From Takakia lepidozioides (lineage: Eukaryota > Plantae > Bryophyta): a stretch of DNA of 64,000 bases. The stretch spans positions 54,994,001 through 55,058,000 of the forward strand of contig CM060733.1 of NCBI GenBank assembly GCA_030704615.1, written 5' to 3'. Below, in pieces: positions 63,326 through 64,000 of this stretch (positions within the stretch are counted from its first letter, which is position 1; every line of letters starts with the position of its first letter). The notes beneath the pieces were generated by a model. The model had not been told where the DNA came from. It searched no databases and was given only the letters and a program-made list of their open reading frames with translations. Both the position numbers and the translations under genes were made by a program.

Positions 63326-63881
63326 GTGAGTGCGCCTCAACAATTGAAATGTATTGAAGTCTTTGTGTGTGTTTAATTTTGAACTCCACTTGTATTAATG
63401 TTTACGAATTGTGTTTCCAAATGCCCATAGGGTCAAGGAATCGAATTACAGCCAATCTCCGTCAGCTGACTTTGGGCAATCAAGAGTTTAGGAGGACCCT
63501 TGGAGTTGCTCTCAAAGTAAGACGGTTCCTCAGGAGATCCAATCTCAAATAATAGAAGATGTCGTATGACAGTAGTTTGAAGAGGAGCTTGAGTTTTATG
63601 AAGCTCATAAAATTTTCAAGCTCCTGTCGCACGACATCCACTATTATGATGAGTCCACAGTGGTAGAGGTACACCTGGGTTGACCATTCACAATCCATCA
63701 AGCTTTCATTGTCTGCTCGAGTCTTGATCACGCAAAGATCGAATATCAGTTCTACTCCGAGAGTGGAGAGCCAACTGCGGGTCCTACTGAGTGAGTCAAC
63801 GTTTTATTTACTTCTATACATGTTTGCACAATCTTGATATGTGATTTTAATTATTTTGTAGAAGATGAAGGTCGTGGAGGG

Positions 63882-64000
63882 AACCTATTGTCGAAATTTG
63901 TCAGTGGATGATGTGCAAATTGGAATGAGAACCTATTGTCGAAATATGTCAGTGGATGATGTGTAAATTGGAATGAGTGGATGATGTGCAAATTGGAATG
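63882..64000. repeat. Tandem ~48-bp repeat running off window end
   Basis: AACCTATTGTCGAAAT.TGTCAGTGGATGATGTG.AAATTGGAATGAG at 63882 and 63930 plus a partial copy. Confidence 0.8.

Noticed and set aside
1-64000. tRNA, rRNA or snRNA genes
   Set aside because: None recognised; only a SINE-like B-box near 13750 and a weaker one near 34800.

Overview
Eukaryotic, land-plant-like genomic DNA (spliceosomal introns, PPR fragments, plant TE lineages; a non-seed plant is plausible but unproven). 1-27 kb is a nested transposon block: a Tcn1/Tf-like Ty3/gypsy remnant; nine ~33-bp palindromes around a SWIM zinc-finger ORF; a LINE split by an apparent ~17-kb inversion; a 14.8-kb Ty3/gypsy whose integrase ends in a PHD finger; inside its terminal repeat, a 5.4-kb non-autonomous CACTA (ATC TSD) carrying host-gene fragments (PPR, PLPBP/YggS); and a deleted Ty1/copia. 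28-44.6 kb is a gene island: peroxisomal sulfite oxidase (12 exons, +), ARP6 (10 exons, -) and an FMC1-like LYR protein (+). 46.5-55.3 kb holds a Helitron-type endonuclease remnant interrupted by a CACTA with divergent TnpD and TnpA/FCP1-phosphatase-like genes. 55.5-61.1 kb is a recent ~2.6-kb-arm inverted duplication of part of a host gene, directly downstream of the truncated transposase. All calls are by eye; family assignments rest on motif recognition, not database searches.
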